From NCBI GenBank assembly GCA_963779415.1, contig CAVZYA010000001.1:1504001-1568000 (forward strand): a DNA stretch of 64,000 nucleotides, written 5' to 3'. The DNA comes from an uncultured Acidobacteriota bacterium. Lineage in GTDB: Bacteria; Acidobacteriota; Thermoanaerobaculia; UBA5066. Below, in pieces: positions 30,890-41,197 of this stretch; the stretch's first letter is position 1, and each line of letters opens with the position of its first letter. A program made the translations under genes and the position numbers. The notes under the pieces are model-generated. The model worked only from the letters and a program-made list of their open reading frames with translations, searched no databases and was not told the DNA's origin.

Positions 30890-32428
30890 GTGAACCCTGG
30901 ACTGCGTGTCTTCGTCAGCTCTGTCCAGGAAGAACTGAAGGACGAGCGCCTCATCGTCCAGAACCTTCTAATACCGACTCGTATCTAGCTGCGCATTGCG
31001 CGCCGGTTCTCTATGAATACGAGCCGGCATCTTCGGAAAAGGCCCTGGAGGGCTGCCTCAGGGCGCTCGAAGGCTGCAACGCGGTCATCCTCATAATCGG
31101 CATCCGTTACGGGAAATCGGTAGGCGGACTTTCCAGTACGCACTCTGGTATAGGCGCGCAAAGGAATCGGGCTGTTGATATTCGGTTCATTAGCGGTAAT
31201 GCAGCGTTGAGCGCGAGGCGGAGACGGCTTTATTCTTGAATGAGGTGGATTCTGACTGCCTCAAGTACAAGCGCTTCGGCGACGTGGTCCAGCTCCCAGA
31301 AAGAGGTACGTGCTGCGCTCGTAAAACTCCTTCGAGAGAAGTTTGGCATCGTCCCAACCACAGATGAGAACGAGGTCGCAGCTCAGACCATCGAGGCGAC
31401 CTCACTCTTCGAATCTCAACCGCTGGAGCGAATCCCTTGGGTCGACCTCGACCACTCTGTCGCGCGCCGGCTTGTTGCCTCAGCCGAGGGGCTGGATGCC
31501 AACAGCCTTTCAGACGCGCAGGTACTCGCCGGGTCTTCGGTTCGTGGCCTCGTCTGGAGGAAATCCGAATCGGGCGAGTCTTTTGCGACTGCGGCTGGCA
31601 TCGTGCTTCTCGCGAGGGATCCGTCAGCGGTGTTTCCGCAATGCCGCGTCCTCGCGGACGCGTACCGCGGTTCCGAAGCGGACGGCGCGCCCCGCGACCA
31701 TGAGGACCTTCGGGGCCCGATGTCGGTCGTCATCGAACGTGCGCTCGCCTTCATCGACCGAAACACACGGCACCCGATGCGGGTAGTGGGATTCAATCGA
31801 GTTCGTCTTGACGAGTACCCGGAAGAAGCGCTGCGTGAGGCCTTAGTCAACGCTGTGGCACATAGACGTTACGACGACGCTGGCCGCAAGGTGCTTCTCG
31901 AGGTCTTCAGTGACCGCGTCGTCGTCCTGAGCCCCGGGCTTCCGCCTAGTCCGATCACGCTTCCGAACCTCCGGAATGGAAAGTGCCGACCCTGCTCACG
32001 GAATCAGATTCTCGCTCAGTGCATGTCTTTCTTCCTCCGATCGAGGTGCGCGGAAGCGGCATCCGGCGGAGCGTGACAAGATGCTGAAAGGGCTTTAACC
32101 GCTGTACTTGTCATCCGGTTATTTCTTGACGTGTCGAGGGCCCGCGATGACTGAGCGAATAGTGCCGGAGAAACTGCTCGTCGTGACCCCGTCGGTCGAG
32201 GCGCGGTTGAGCGACCGGCAAAAGAGGATCCTCGGACAGGCCCTTCGAGCTGGCTCCGTCAGCCGGCGATGGTGCGTAGCGGAGTTCGGGGTGGCTAATG
32301 ACACGGCTGGCCGCGACCTCAAGTCGCTGACAGAACGTGGTTTACTTGTGCCGCAGGGGAAGGGACGAGCCGTCCGATACGTGCCCCCACTCGTATCGGA
32401 ATCGACCGGCAATCGACCGGCTCGGTGA
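30890..32428 (+). pseudogene. DUF4062 + RecG-C/HATPase_c_4 + winged-HTH protein, multiply frameshifted
   Basis: Fragments in three frames: RVFVSSVQEELKDER...ILIIGIRYG (DUF4062-like), EYPEEALREALVNAVAHRRY..SPG..RN (HATPase_c_4), and LSDRQKRIL..TAGRDLKSL..GKGRAVRY (wHTH). Confidence 0.75.
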
Positions 32429-32488
32429 GGAAACCGACAGATGACGAATCGACCGAGAACCGACCGACCGATCGCCCAAATCGACCGA
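32400..32488 (+). repeat. Array of short AA(T/C)CGACCG repeats
   Basis: AATCGACCGGC twice in tandem (32400-32421), plus copies near 32447, 32458 and 32479 and a variant at 32431. Confidence 0.7.
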
Positions 32489-32648
32489 TGAGAGCAGACG
32501 GCTTCCCACGCTCTGATGGCGCCGAGGCTGCGCCGCAAGTTCGGGAGCTTCAGTTCCCGGAGGCGGGTGACGGGCCGATGGTAGCCGCATATGGCAGCGA
32601 CCGGCACGTTGGCCGCCTCGAAGACGAAACACGGGAGGGGAACATCGG

Positions 32649-33846
32649 ATGACCGACGAACAGACCAACCAGGGCAGCAGGGCGGCGCTTCGCGTCCTCT
32701 CGGCTGCGACCGGCGGCAACTGGGTGCCGTGCTCCCCGCTCCCAGAAGATGACGAGGTCACGCGTCTCCAGGCGACCAAGAATGGTGAGAGGCTTGATCA
32801 GCTCCTGACGGACATCTTGGTTTCCCAGAATCTTGCGGTCTTAGCTGGCCTCGGTACAACCATGTGCGTAAGAGCGCCGGGCGCCGCAACCTCGCCGCCA
32901 TCAATGGCAGATCTGTGGCACGCGGCCGCTACGGAAGCAGGAGCAGCATTCGAGAACATCAAGTTGAAGGTCCGCTACACAGCCCCTGCCGAGGGCGACA
33001 ATATCGAGGTGCTCCTCTCCAATGCCAGCTGGCCAGGCCCTTGATCCGTCTGAGGAAGTCAACGCGTTCATCACCGCGACAGAGGCGCTTATCGTAAGCC
33101 GATGTCGGTTTGTCTCACCGACCACTGAACGAACGACAAACAAAGCGTTCCTTCGTAAGGTAGCACGCCGATCCACTCGACTGCCGCGAACCAAAGTATT
33201 TACCACAAACTACGACCTCTCCTTTGAGACCGCGGGAAGCCATGCGCGGTTTACAATCGTCGACGGGTTCTCTCACACCCAGCTTCAGGAATTCGACGGC
33301 AACTACTTCACCTACGACCTCGTTCGCAGAGAACCGGACCGTGAGATCCCGGACTATATTCCCAACGTCTTCCACCTGCACAAAATCCACGGTTCTGTCG
33401 ACTGGGAGCTTAGGGATGATCAGGTCATCAAGACCACTGACGCTTCGAAGCCCCTCATCATTTATCCACGTCACAGCAAGTTCGAGGCGTCATACAACCA
33501 ACCCTTCATCGAGATGATGTCGCGGTTCCAGCTCGCACTCCGACAGCCGAACACCGGTCTGTTCGTGCTGGGGTCCGGCTTCAATGACACTCACATCTGG
33601 CAGCCGTTGCTGGCGGCGGTTCGCTCCAATGTAAGTCTAAAGGCCGTGGTCGTCGACCCGGCGTTGCCGCAGTCCACGAAACCCCCGGTTACGGAGATCA
33701 AGAAGCTCATCGCGGCAGGAGACTCGCGACTTGTTCTGATCGCCGGCGGGTTCGAAGCCTTCGTCCCGGTCCTGCCCGATCTCGTCGTGGCCACGGAGGA
33801 GGAGCGCCACCGAGAGCGACTCCGTTCGAAGGACACGACTCGGTGA
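32649..33846 (+). CDS. SIR2-family (SIR2_2) NADase of a SIR2-HerA system, frameshifts near 33020-33035
   Basis: AVLAGLGT..PSMADLW, VFTTNYDLSFE, DGFS, HKIHGSVDW and GFNDTHI; stop codon coupled to herA (GTGA). Confidence 0.88.
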
Positions 33847-35642
33847 GTTCAACCCTTCCTTTTTATCCCTTCGATCCCCAGCGTTGCATCGGAACGATCT
33901 CGGAAATAGGACCATCTTCCGCTACAGCCAACCTGCCGAACGCCAGCAAGCCCGACGGCCAGTCGCTCTACGGCGATAGGCTTGGGGCCGGTGAAGTCGG
34001 GGAGTTCGTCGTCGTGGAGTGCCGTGATGTGGCCATCTTCGGGCGCATTATTTCCGTTCGTCTGCCGGAACGGGAGCGTCGGAGTGTGGAGGCAGAGCTC
34101 GGCGTTCGACAGGATGCTCATCCGCTAGGCACGATCCAGCTCCTAACGACGATCTCGCTGAGGGGCGGCGAGGTACTCGGGGGTATCGCGCGGTACCCGC
34201 GACTTGGCAGCAAGGTCTATGCCGCTCATCCGGCCCTGGTTAAGTGGGTAGCAGAGTCGACCCAGCGCGCTAAACATCTAAAGAACCCGATTTCGCTGGA
34301 TCTCGCTTCTCTTCCGACCGCCAACGGCACGATCGTGAGTATCACTCCCGAACGCATCTTTGGCCGCCACTGCGCCGTCCTCGGCGCTACAGGCGGTGGG
34401 AAGAGCTGGACCGTGGGCCGCTTGATAGAGGAGCTTACTCGGTGCAAAGGAAAGGTCATCCTTTTTGATCCGACCGGCGAGTTCCACACCTTTTCAACTG
34501 GAGTTGACCATGTTTACATTGGCGCTGGCCAAGCAGAGCCAGCCACGGCTGGAGAGGTCGTGGTGCCTTACCGGGAACTCACAGAGGCTGATCTGTTCGC
34601 GCTGTTCAAACCCAGCGGTCAAACGCAGGCGCCAAAGCTCCGCGCAGCGATGAAGAGCCTCAAGTTGGCGAAATTGGCGGGCCCCCGATTCGCCCCTGCA
34701 GGGATTGTAATCAAGGCCGAACAGAAGAAGGAGAGAATCGAACGCGAGTATGCCAAGTATGCGGCGGCAATTGAGAGTCCCGTGGCTGATTTTGAAATCT
34801 CGAAGCTCACGCAACAGATCCTCGAGGAGTGTGTATGGCCCTCCGGCGGAAGTCAATCGGCTCCTGATTTCGGTGTCTGGGGAAGGGCTAACGAGTCCGA
34901 GAAGAGCTACTGCATCACCCTTATCACTCGCATCGAGGACATGCTGCAGGCGGTCGAGCTCGGGTGCGTGTTTCAGCCTGGCGGGAAGCCCCGGCTGACG
35001 TCTGCGATTGACGCCTTCTTGAAAGATTCAGGGAGAAGCGTACTGCGGGTGTCGCTGAAGTACCTACCGTTCGCCCACAATGCCCGCGAGATTGTCGCCA
35101 ATGCTGTCGCTCGCTACCTACTGTCTCTGGCGAGAACCGGTCGGTTTAGAAGCCAGCCATTGCTCGTCGTCTTGGATGAGGCTCACCAGTTTCTGGACAA
35201 GAACCTTGGTGACGAGAGCACAAGGTATCCCCTCGACGCGTTTGAATTAATCGCGAAGGAGGGGCGCAAGTTCTCGTTGAGTATCTGCATCGCGACTCAG
35301 AGGCCCCGAGACATTCCAGAAGGAGTTCTGAGCCAAATGGGTACCCTGATCGTCCATCGGCTCATCAACGACAAAGATCGGGAGGTTGTGGAGCGTGCAT
35401 CGGGCGACATCGACCGTTCAGCGGCTGCGTTCCTACCCACGCTGGGACCTGGCCAGGCAGTGATAATCGGAGTGGACTTTGCAGTACCGCTCTCGATCCA
35501 AGTCTCGCCCCCTGACCAAAAGCCTGACTCGCAAGGACCGAACTACCAGAAATGCTGGGGGATGAGCGAAGGGCCGGCGACCGATCGACAGGAGGCCGGG
35601 CCGGACGTCGAACTAGGGCCGGGGGACGAACCGTTGTCGTGA
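33843..35642 (+). CDS. herA: HerA-family ATPase (SIR2-HerA defence)
   Basis: HAS-barrel-like N-terminus, RHCAVLGATGGGKS, VLDEAH, IAKEGRKF, ATQRP and HRLINDKD. Confidence 0.92.
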   Translation: MSSTLPFYPFDPQRCIGTISEIGPSSATANLPNASKPDGQSLYGDRLGAGEVGEFVVVECRDVAIFGRIISVRLPERERRSVEAELGVRQDAHPLGTIQLLTTISLRGGEVLGGIARYPRLGSKVYAAHPALVKWVAESTQRAKHLKNPISLDLASLPTANGTIVSITPERIFGRHCAVLGATGGGKSWTVGRLIEELTRCKGKVILFDPTGEFHTFSTGVDHVYIGAGQAEPATAGEVVVPYRELTEADLFALFKPSGQTQAPKLRAAMKSLKLAKLAGPRFAPAGIVIKAEQKKERIEREYAKYAAAIESPVADFEISKLTQQILEECVWPSGGSQSAPDFGVWGRANESEKSYCITLITRIEDMLQAVELGCVFQPGGKPRLTSAIDAFLKDSGRSVLRVSLKYLPFAHNAREIVANAVARYLLSLARTGRFRSQPLLVVLDEAHQFLDKNLGDESTRYPLDAFELIAKEGRKFSLSICIATQRPRDIPEGVLSQMGTLIVHRLINDKDREVVERASGDIDRSAAAFLPTLGPGQAVIIGVDFAVPLSIQVSPPDQKPDSQGPNYQKCWGMSEGPATDRQEAGPDVELGPGDEPLS

Positions 35643-35660
35643 TAATAGTCTGCGTTTGTT

Positions 35661-35882
35661 GGGGTCGTGTCTCTGTTATCAATTATAGGACCAGGCCACG
35701 TCCCGTTGGGCCGCCGGGAAGTGGTGTCTATCCCGTCGTCGCGCTATCGTCAGGACCAGCAGTACCGGAGCCGCAGGGGTCGTGTCTCAATTATCCATTA
35801 TAGGACCAAGCCACGTCCCGTCGGGCCGCCGGGAAGTGGTGTCTATCCCGTCGTCGCGCTATCGTCAGGACCAGCAGTACCG
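35661..35882. repeat. Tandem direct repeat, 2 x 107 bp with a 115-bp period
   Basis: Copies at 35661-35767 and 35776-35882 both begin GGGGTCGTGTCTC and differ at 5 positions. Confidence 0.92.
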
Positions 35883-35910
35883 AAATCGTGACGAAGGGCG
35901 GGCATCCCGA

Positions 35911-36399
35911 ATGAATCCTGACGGTAGAGCGGTACGGGAATTCCTGAGGCACACGGTGGCGACCCTCGCCTACCGGGGAGGGAAGGCGATCCGTGGGGCT
36001 CCGCCGTCGTTCGCGGGGTTCCGGGCGAGCCCGACGACGCGCACGCCGGGCGAGGTCCTCGCGCACGTCTGCGATCTTCTCGACTGGGCCCTCCGCTTCT
36101 GCCGAGGCCAGCACCTCTGGAAAGACTCGACCCCGCAGGAGTGGGAGGCCGACTCGAAGAGATTCTTCACGGCGCTCGGGAGCTTCGATGCCTATCTCGC
36201 CTCGGACGACCCTCTCGGCGTCGGGGTGGAGAAGCTCTTTCAGGGACCGGTGGCCGACGCGCTCACCCACATCGGCCAGATCGCGCTGCTCCGGCGGATG
36301 GCAGGCTCGCCCGTCAAGGGAGAGAACTACTTCAAGGCCGAGATCGTGGCGGGATCGGTGGGCCCGGAACAGCCCGCCCCCCGGGTCGAATTCGACTGA
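35911..36399 (+). CDS. DinB/YfiT-like four-helix protein
   Basis: LRHTVATLAYR, ILAH-like VLAHVCDLLDW, and DALTHIGQIALLRR. Confidence 0.75.
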   Translation: MNPDGRAVREFLRHTVATLAYRGGKAIRGAPPSFAGFRASPTTRTPGEVLAHVCDLLDWALRFCRGQHLWKDSTPQEWEADSKRFFTALGSFDAYLASDDPLGVGVEKLFQGPVADALTHIGQIALLRRMAGSPVKGENYFKAEIVAGSVGPEQPAPRVEFD

Positions 36400-36635
36400 A
36401 AGCGAATTTCTTCCGGCGGCACGAGAAGCCGGCCCTCCCCGGTCGCACGCGCCGCGCGACAGATTTCAGCAGGGGTTTTCGAGGCAGGACGCCGTTTTTT
36501 TGTCGGATTCGGGCTGCAGGACGGTCCTGCCGGGCGGCGCGCGCCTTGCATCGGCCCTAAAAAGAACGCCCGGGAATCGGGTTTGGGGTTGCGGCGGTCG
36601 ACGGGTGAAACCGTTTAAGGGAGGGTTATCGTCCC

Positions 36636-37073
36636 GTGCCGATTGGAGGCCCCTCAGGCTTGCGCCCCGCAGAGGCGTCAGAAGAGTCCCTCTCCCTTCA
36701 GTTGCGGGTCCCCGAGGTCCTTCACACGCCCGATCCCACGAGTAGCGGCGCAAGCGGCGGCCTGATCGTCCATGTAGAGATCCGGAACCGGACGCCCCGC
36801 GTCTGGGAGGCGGTGTCACGCACCGGCCCCCTTCTCGAGGTGGTCGTTCTGGAGTCGGACGGCACCGAGCGGCCCCTCGTTCTCCGCCAGCTCCCGATGC
36901 TGGCATACCCGGCGAGCCTCGAGCCGGGGCGTGGCTTTCTACTCCCCGTGCGCATCGTCCTTTCGGATATCCCGGAAACGGGGGCGAGCTACCGCCTCCG
37001 GATCCGCATCGAACCCGGAACGGAGGAGACGACCGGTACCCTCCGTTTCGATCCGCGCCCGTCGCGCGGCTGA
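36636..37073 (+). CDS. Hypothetical beta-rich (Ig-like) protein
   Basis: GGAGG upstream; beta-strand pattern VHVEIRN...LEPG...YRLRIRI. Confidence 0.45.
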   Translation: MPIGGPSGLRPAEASEESLSLQLRVPEVLHTPDPTSSGASGGLIVHVEIRNRTPRVWEAVSRTGPLLEVVVLESDGTERPLVLRQLPMLAYPASLEPGRGFLLPVRIVLSDIPETGASYRLRIRIEPGTEETTGTLRFDPRPSRG

Positions 37074-37094
37074 GACCCGAGGAGGTTTCGGCTC

Positions 37095-37499
37095 TTGCCG
37101 CATCGCCCACCCGAGTTCTTCACCGCGCCCGACCCGGCGCTCGCGCGTCTTCCGTTCTCCGAGGCCGTCCGCGCCGGGGAGTTCCTGATCCTCTCGGGCC
37201 AGATCGGGAACGTCCCCGGCACGCTTGCCCTGGTTCCGGGCGGGATCGCCGCCGAGTCGAAGCAGGCGATGGAGAACATCAAGGCCGTCCTCGAGCGGCA
37301 CGGCGCGTCCCTGGACGACGTCGTCAAATGCACGGTCTTCCTCGCGGACGTGAGCGAGTGGGGCGCCTTCAACGAGGTCTACAGGACCTTCTTCCCGAAG
37401 CACTTCCCCGCGCGAAGCGCGCTCGGGGCCAGCGGCCTCGCGAAGGGGGCGCGGGTCGAGGTGGAGTGCGTGGCTTACGCGCCGGACGCGAGGCGCTGA
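37095..37499 (+). CDS. RidA/YjgF-family enamine deaminase
   Basis: PFSEAV, LSGQIG, VVKCTVFL, NEVY, PARS and VEVEC motifs. Confidence 0.93.
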   Translation: MPHRPPEFFTAPDPALARLPFSEAVRAGEFLILSGQIGNVPGTLALVPGGIAAESKQAMENIKAVLERHGASLDDVVKCTVFLADVSEWGAFNEVYRTFFPKHFPARSALGASGLAKGARVEVECVAYAPDARR

Positions 37500-37508
37500 C
37501 TCCCCGGC

Positions 37509-38480
37509 TCAGCCGATCGCCGCGCCGAAGCGCCGGACGATCGCTCCGGCGCTCTCGACGGAGCGGATCGTCGCGACGCTTTTCCCCGCCTGCCAGAAGT
37601 CCTTCGAGGACGCCCCTTTCATCGAGGCGTTCTTCAGCTGGAAGGCCGACCGGATCGAGTAGATCGCGCGCATCCAGTGCTTCGTCCGGTGCCCCGAGAG
37701 CATCCACCGTCCGATCGGGCCCGCCTTCGTCCCCATCCTCTCCACGAACGGCGTCCGGATTATCGAGAGCGGCACGCCCGTGATCCGCTCGGTCAGGACG
37801 ATGTCCTGCTCCTCGGCGCCGAGGATCGCCTTCTTGTAGTCGGCGTGTGCCGTGCATTCCTCCGTCGCGATGAAGCGGGTCCCCATCTGGACCGCCTGAT
37901 AGCCGAGATCGAGCATCGCCTTGAACTCGGCCTCGCTCCCGACGCCTCCCGCGCAGACGAGCGGGACGCCGAGATTCGAAAGTTCCGTGAAAAGCTCCTG
38001 CGGCGTCTTCCGCCCCGCGTGCCCGCCGGCGCGGCTGTTGACGCAGATGAGACCGTCGACCCCCTCGGCAATCCCTTTTTCGGCCCACTTCCGGTCGACG
38101 ACGTCGTGGAAGACGACGCCGCCCGCCGCGTGGGCGCGCCGGACGACCCAGTCGGGGTTCCCGAGCGCCGTGATGAAGAAGCGGATTCCGGCTTCGAGAG
38201 AGGCTTCGAGATATTCCTCCATCCGTTTCCGGTAGACGGCCGAGAGCGACTTCTCGGTCAGGATGTTCAGGCCGACGGGCTTCTTCGTCAGGCTCCGGAT
38301 CCGCTTCAGCCCTTCCCGGAACTCCAGCTTGTGGACGTAGACGAGCGAGAGAGGCTGGATGATCCCGAGTCCCCCGGCTTCCGACACCGCGGCGACCAGC
38401 TCCGGGTTCGAGCAGGGATACATCGGGCCGCAAAGAAGCGGAATCTCGACTCCGGCCATCTCCGTGAAACGGTTCTTCAT
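37509..38480 (-). CDS. Nitronate monooxygenase/FabK-family flavoprotein
   Basis: LVAAVSEAGGLG, AGGHAG, AGGVG, MGTRFIATEEC and AGKSV. Confidence 0.9.
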   Translation of the reverse strand: MKNRFTEMAGVEIPLLCGPMYPCSNPELVAAVSEAGGLGIIQPLSLVYVHKLEFREGLKRIRSLTKKPVGLNILTEKSLSAVYRKRMEEYLEASLEAGIRFFITALGNPDWVVRRAHAAGGVVFHDVVDRKWAEKGIAEGVDGLICVNSRAGGHAGRKTPQELFTELSNLGVPLVCAGGVGSEAEFKAMLDLGYQAVQMGTRFIATEECTAHADYKKAILGAEEQDIVLTERITGVPLSIIRTPFVERMGTKAGPIGRWMLSGHRTKHWMRAIYSIRSAFQLKNASMKGASSKDFWQAGKSVATIRSVESAGAIVRRFGAAIG

Positions 38481-38571
38481 CCGGAAGAACCCTCGCTTTC
38501 AAAGGCGGGCGGATGTTACGGCAGCGACGCGAGCGCGGCGTCTACAATCTCTCCCAGCCTGGATGTCGACG

Positions 38572-39486
38572 ATGAGACGTCCTCCCCGCCTGATCGCTCT
38601 CGCCGTTCTCGTCGCTTTTTCGCCGCTCGCCCTCGACGGCTGCGTCTCGGTCGGCGTCGAGCAGAGGCCGGCCCCTGCCGCCGAGGAGGCCGAGCACGCC
38701 TCCGGCGACATCGAGGTCTTCATCTACGAGACGCAGGGAGACAAGGACGCCTCCCGTCTCGTGGCCTACCCCGTCCTCTCCGAGATCTTCCGCGTCGAGG
38801 AGACGGGTGAGTCGCTCGTCGGGCGGTCGATGTCGGCCATGTGGGCGATCAACGATCTGACGCCCGGCCGCTATCGCGTCTCGGTGAGGAAGCGGATCAC
38901 GCCCGAGGGCGACATCGAGCCGCTCAAGGACCCCCAGGGCAAGACCTTCGACGTCGCGGCCGGGAAGGAATCGACGCTCCGCATCGTCCTGAAGAAAGTC
39001 CCGACGGGCTGGATCGTCCTCGGAGTGATCGCGGCGGCGGCGCTGATCTACTTCTCCGTCGACGCCGCATCGCACGGGAAGCTGCCCCCTCTCCCGCCGA
39101 TCCCGCCCGACGTCTTCGTCGGCGTCGTCCTTCTCGCAACGCCGGCCGCGCGGGCCGACGGGCCGGCGCCTACGGCGGCCGACGTCTTTCCGGCCCCCGG
39201 CTCGGTCGTCGCGGCCCGGAAGGTGACCGTCAACTTCCTCGTCGGCACGCCGCTCGCGCCGAACGGCATCGACGCTGACGCCATCCTCGCCCTCGGCTCG
39301 CTCTCGGGCGAGCTGCCCGGGACGATCTCCTATCAGGCCGAGGACCAGCTCCTCCGCTTCGCCCCGGACCGGAACTTCACCCCCGGGGAGAACGTGACCG
39401 TCACGCTAGACCTCGAGAAGGTGAAGGGCCTCGGCGGCCGCTCCGGCGAGGGAAAGGTCTCGACGACTTTCCACGTCGCGAGGTGA
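38572..39486 (+). CDS. Lipoprotein with a C-terminal Ig-like (Big_5-type) domain
   Basis: Signal ending in LDGC, DLTPGRYRV, an internal TM segment, and VFPAPG...FAP..F.PGE.VTVTL. Confidence 0.65.
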   Translation: MRRPPRLIALAVLVAFSPLALDGCVSVGVEQRPAPAAEEAEHASGDIEVFIYETQGDKDASRLVAYPVLSEIFRVEETGESLVGRSMSAMWAINDLTPGRYRVSVRKRITPEGDIEPLKDPQGKTFDVAAGKESTLRIVLKKVPTGWIVLGVIAAAALIYFSVDAASHGKLPPLPPIPPDVFVGVVLLATPAARADGPAPTAADVFPAPGSVVAARKVTVNFLVGTPLAPNGIDADAILALGSLSGELPGTISYQAEDQLLRFAPDRNFTPGENVTVTLDLEKVKGLGGRSGEGKVSTTFHVAR

Positions 39487-39487
39487 G

Positions 39488-40732
39488 TCACTTCTTCCCG
39501 GCAATCTCCTTGACGCCTTCGACGAGCCGGTCGACCTCCTCCCCGTTCGTGTAGCAGGCGCAGCCGGCGCGGACGAGGCCGTCGGCCGCGTGGCCGAGAC
39601 ATTTCACGAGGGTGGTCGCGTAGAAGTCGCCGTGTGTGACGAAAACACCTCGCCTCGCCAGCGCCGCGGCGACGTCGCCCGACCCGTGCCCCCGGACCGC
39701 AAAGGCGACCGTCGGAGTCCGGGGTGCTCCGGGGAAAGGCCCGTAGAGCGTGACGCCCGGAACGGCCCCGAGTCCTTCCCACATTCTCTGAAAGAGCGCC
39801 TCTCCCCTCGCGTGGAGCGCCGCGAACGTCCGGACCAGGCAGGCCCGGCGCTCTCCCGACCCCGCGAGCGAGGCGAGAAACCCGACGGCCGCTCCCGACC
39901 CGACGATCCCCTCGTGGTTGAGGGTCCCCGTTTCGAGCCGCTCCGGCGCCGCGTCGGAGGCGGGCTGAAGCTTCGGCACGTTGAGAGACGCGAGCAGGTC
40001 CCCCCGCCCCCAGAGGACTCCCGTGTGCGGGCCGTAGAACTTGTAGGGCGAGCAGGCCAGAAGGTCGGCGCCGAGCGCCCTCACGTCGACGAGGACGTGC
40101 GGCGCGTAGTGGACGGCATCGACGAAGACGAGGGCCCCGCGCGCGTGCACCGCCGCCGCGATGCGGGCCACGTCATTGATCGTCCCGACGGCGTTCGATG
40201 CGCCGCCGACGGCGACGAGGCGCGTCCGTCCCGTCAGCAGCCGCGGCAGGGCCTCGAGATCGAGTTGCGCGGTCTCCGGGAGGACCGGGATCGCCTTGAC
40301 GACGATCCCCTTCTCCTTTTCGAGCGCCCGCCATGGGTCGACGTTCGCGTGATGGTCCAGCTCCGTGACGACGACCTCGTCCCCTTCCCGCCACCCGCGG
40401 GCGAGGGCGCGTGCGACGTGAAAAGTCAGCGTCGTCATGTTCGCGCCGAAGGCGATCTCGGCGGGGTCGCCGCCGAGGAACTCCGAGACGGCGGCCCGTG
40501 CGCCGGCGAGGAGCGCGTCGGTCTCCTCGCTCGTCGGATACCTCCAGTGCGTGTTCGCGTTGTGGCGGAGCAGGTAGTCGACGACCGCCTCGGCAACCAC
40601 GCGCGGCACCTGCGTCCCTCCCGGGCCGTCGAAGTAGGCGATCGGACGCCCGCCGCCCCGACGCTCGAGGGCGGGGAAGTGGGCACGGATCGCCTCGACG
40701 GAGAGGACGCCGGCCTCGCGGGAAGAGGTCAT
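39488..40732 (-). CDS. Cysteine desulfurase-like class V PLP enzyme
   Basis: YFDGPGGTQVP, LDHHANV, DAVHYAPH, CSPYKFYGPH and ETGT. Confidence 0.92.
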   Translation of the reverse strand: MTSSREAGVLSVEAIRAHFPALERRGGGRPIAYFDGPGGTQVPRVVAEAVVDYLLRHNANTHWRYPTSEETDALLAGARAAVSEFLGGDPAEIAFGANMTTLTFHVARALARGWREGDEVVVTELDHHANVDPWRALEKEKGIVVKAIPVLPETAQLDLEALPRLLTGRTRLVAVGGASNAVGTINDVARIAAAVHARGALVFVDAVHYAPHVLVDVRALGADLLACSPYKFYGPHTGVLWGRGDLLASLNVPKLQPASDAAPERLETGTLNHEGIVGSGAAVGFLASLAGSGERRACLVRTFAALHARGEALFQRMWEGLGAVPGVTLYGPFPGAPRTPTVAFAVRGHGSGDVAAALARRGVFVTHGDFYATTLVKCLGHAADGLVRAGCACYTNGEEVDRLVEGVKEIAGKK

Positions 40733-40765
40733 CGAATCCGATTATCCGCCCGATAATCGAAGGGG

Positions 40766-41197
40766 ATGAGGCTCCGGCGACTCGCGCTCCTCCCGCTTCT
40801 CGCGTCTCTCGCGGCGCTTCTCCCGATCGCCGCGGTTCGGACACGGACCAACCTCTCGGTCGGTCTTCGGGGCCTTCGCGACGACGAGTTGACCGCGCGC
40901 CGGCGTGTCTGGGGCGACGCCTACGTCGAGGCGGTCGAGAAGATCCGGCGCGCGATTCCCGAGGGGGCCGAGTACCTGATCGTCGTGGAAGGCCGCCCCG
41001 GAACGCCCGATATCGTGGCCTACGACCTCGCGCCCCGGCGGCCGCTCTACCTTCCGGGGGTCTTCACGGCGGACGAGCTGCGCCGGGCCGGACCGCCTCC
41101 GGGCGCGCCGCCGTGGGTCGTCGTGGCGGTCCGGGCGACGAACCCGCCGCGGCTCTACACGACGGAGGAATTCTTCGGCAGGGCGGCGCTCCGATGA
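40766..41197 (+). CDS. Hypothetical exported/membrane-anchored protein
   Basis: Hydrophobic N-terminus; ATGA-coupled to the next gene. Confidence 0.6.
   Translation: MRLRRLALLPLLASLAALLPIAAVRTRTNLSVGLRGLRDDELTARRRVWGDAYVEAVEKIRRAIPEGAEYLIVVEGRPGTPDIVAYDLAPRRPLYLPGVFTADELRRAGPPPGAPPWVVVAVRATNPPRLYTTEEFFGRAALR

Larger units (their letters stand above)
30600..35890. mobile_element. Lower-GC accessory/defence island (boundaries approximate)
   Basis: Visibly more A/T-rich codons than the flanks, defence gene content, and a tandem repeat at the right edge. No integrase or att site recognised. Confidence 0.55.

Noticed and set aside
30580-30890. tRNA or att site at the island's left border
   Set aside because: No cloverleaf or T-loop motif seen, and no direct repeat matching the right border.
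35661-35882. Possible CRISPR array
   Set aside because: Only two 107-bp units with an 8-nt gap, no unique spacers and no cas genes.
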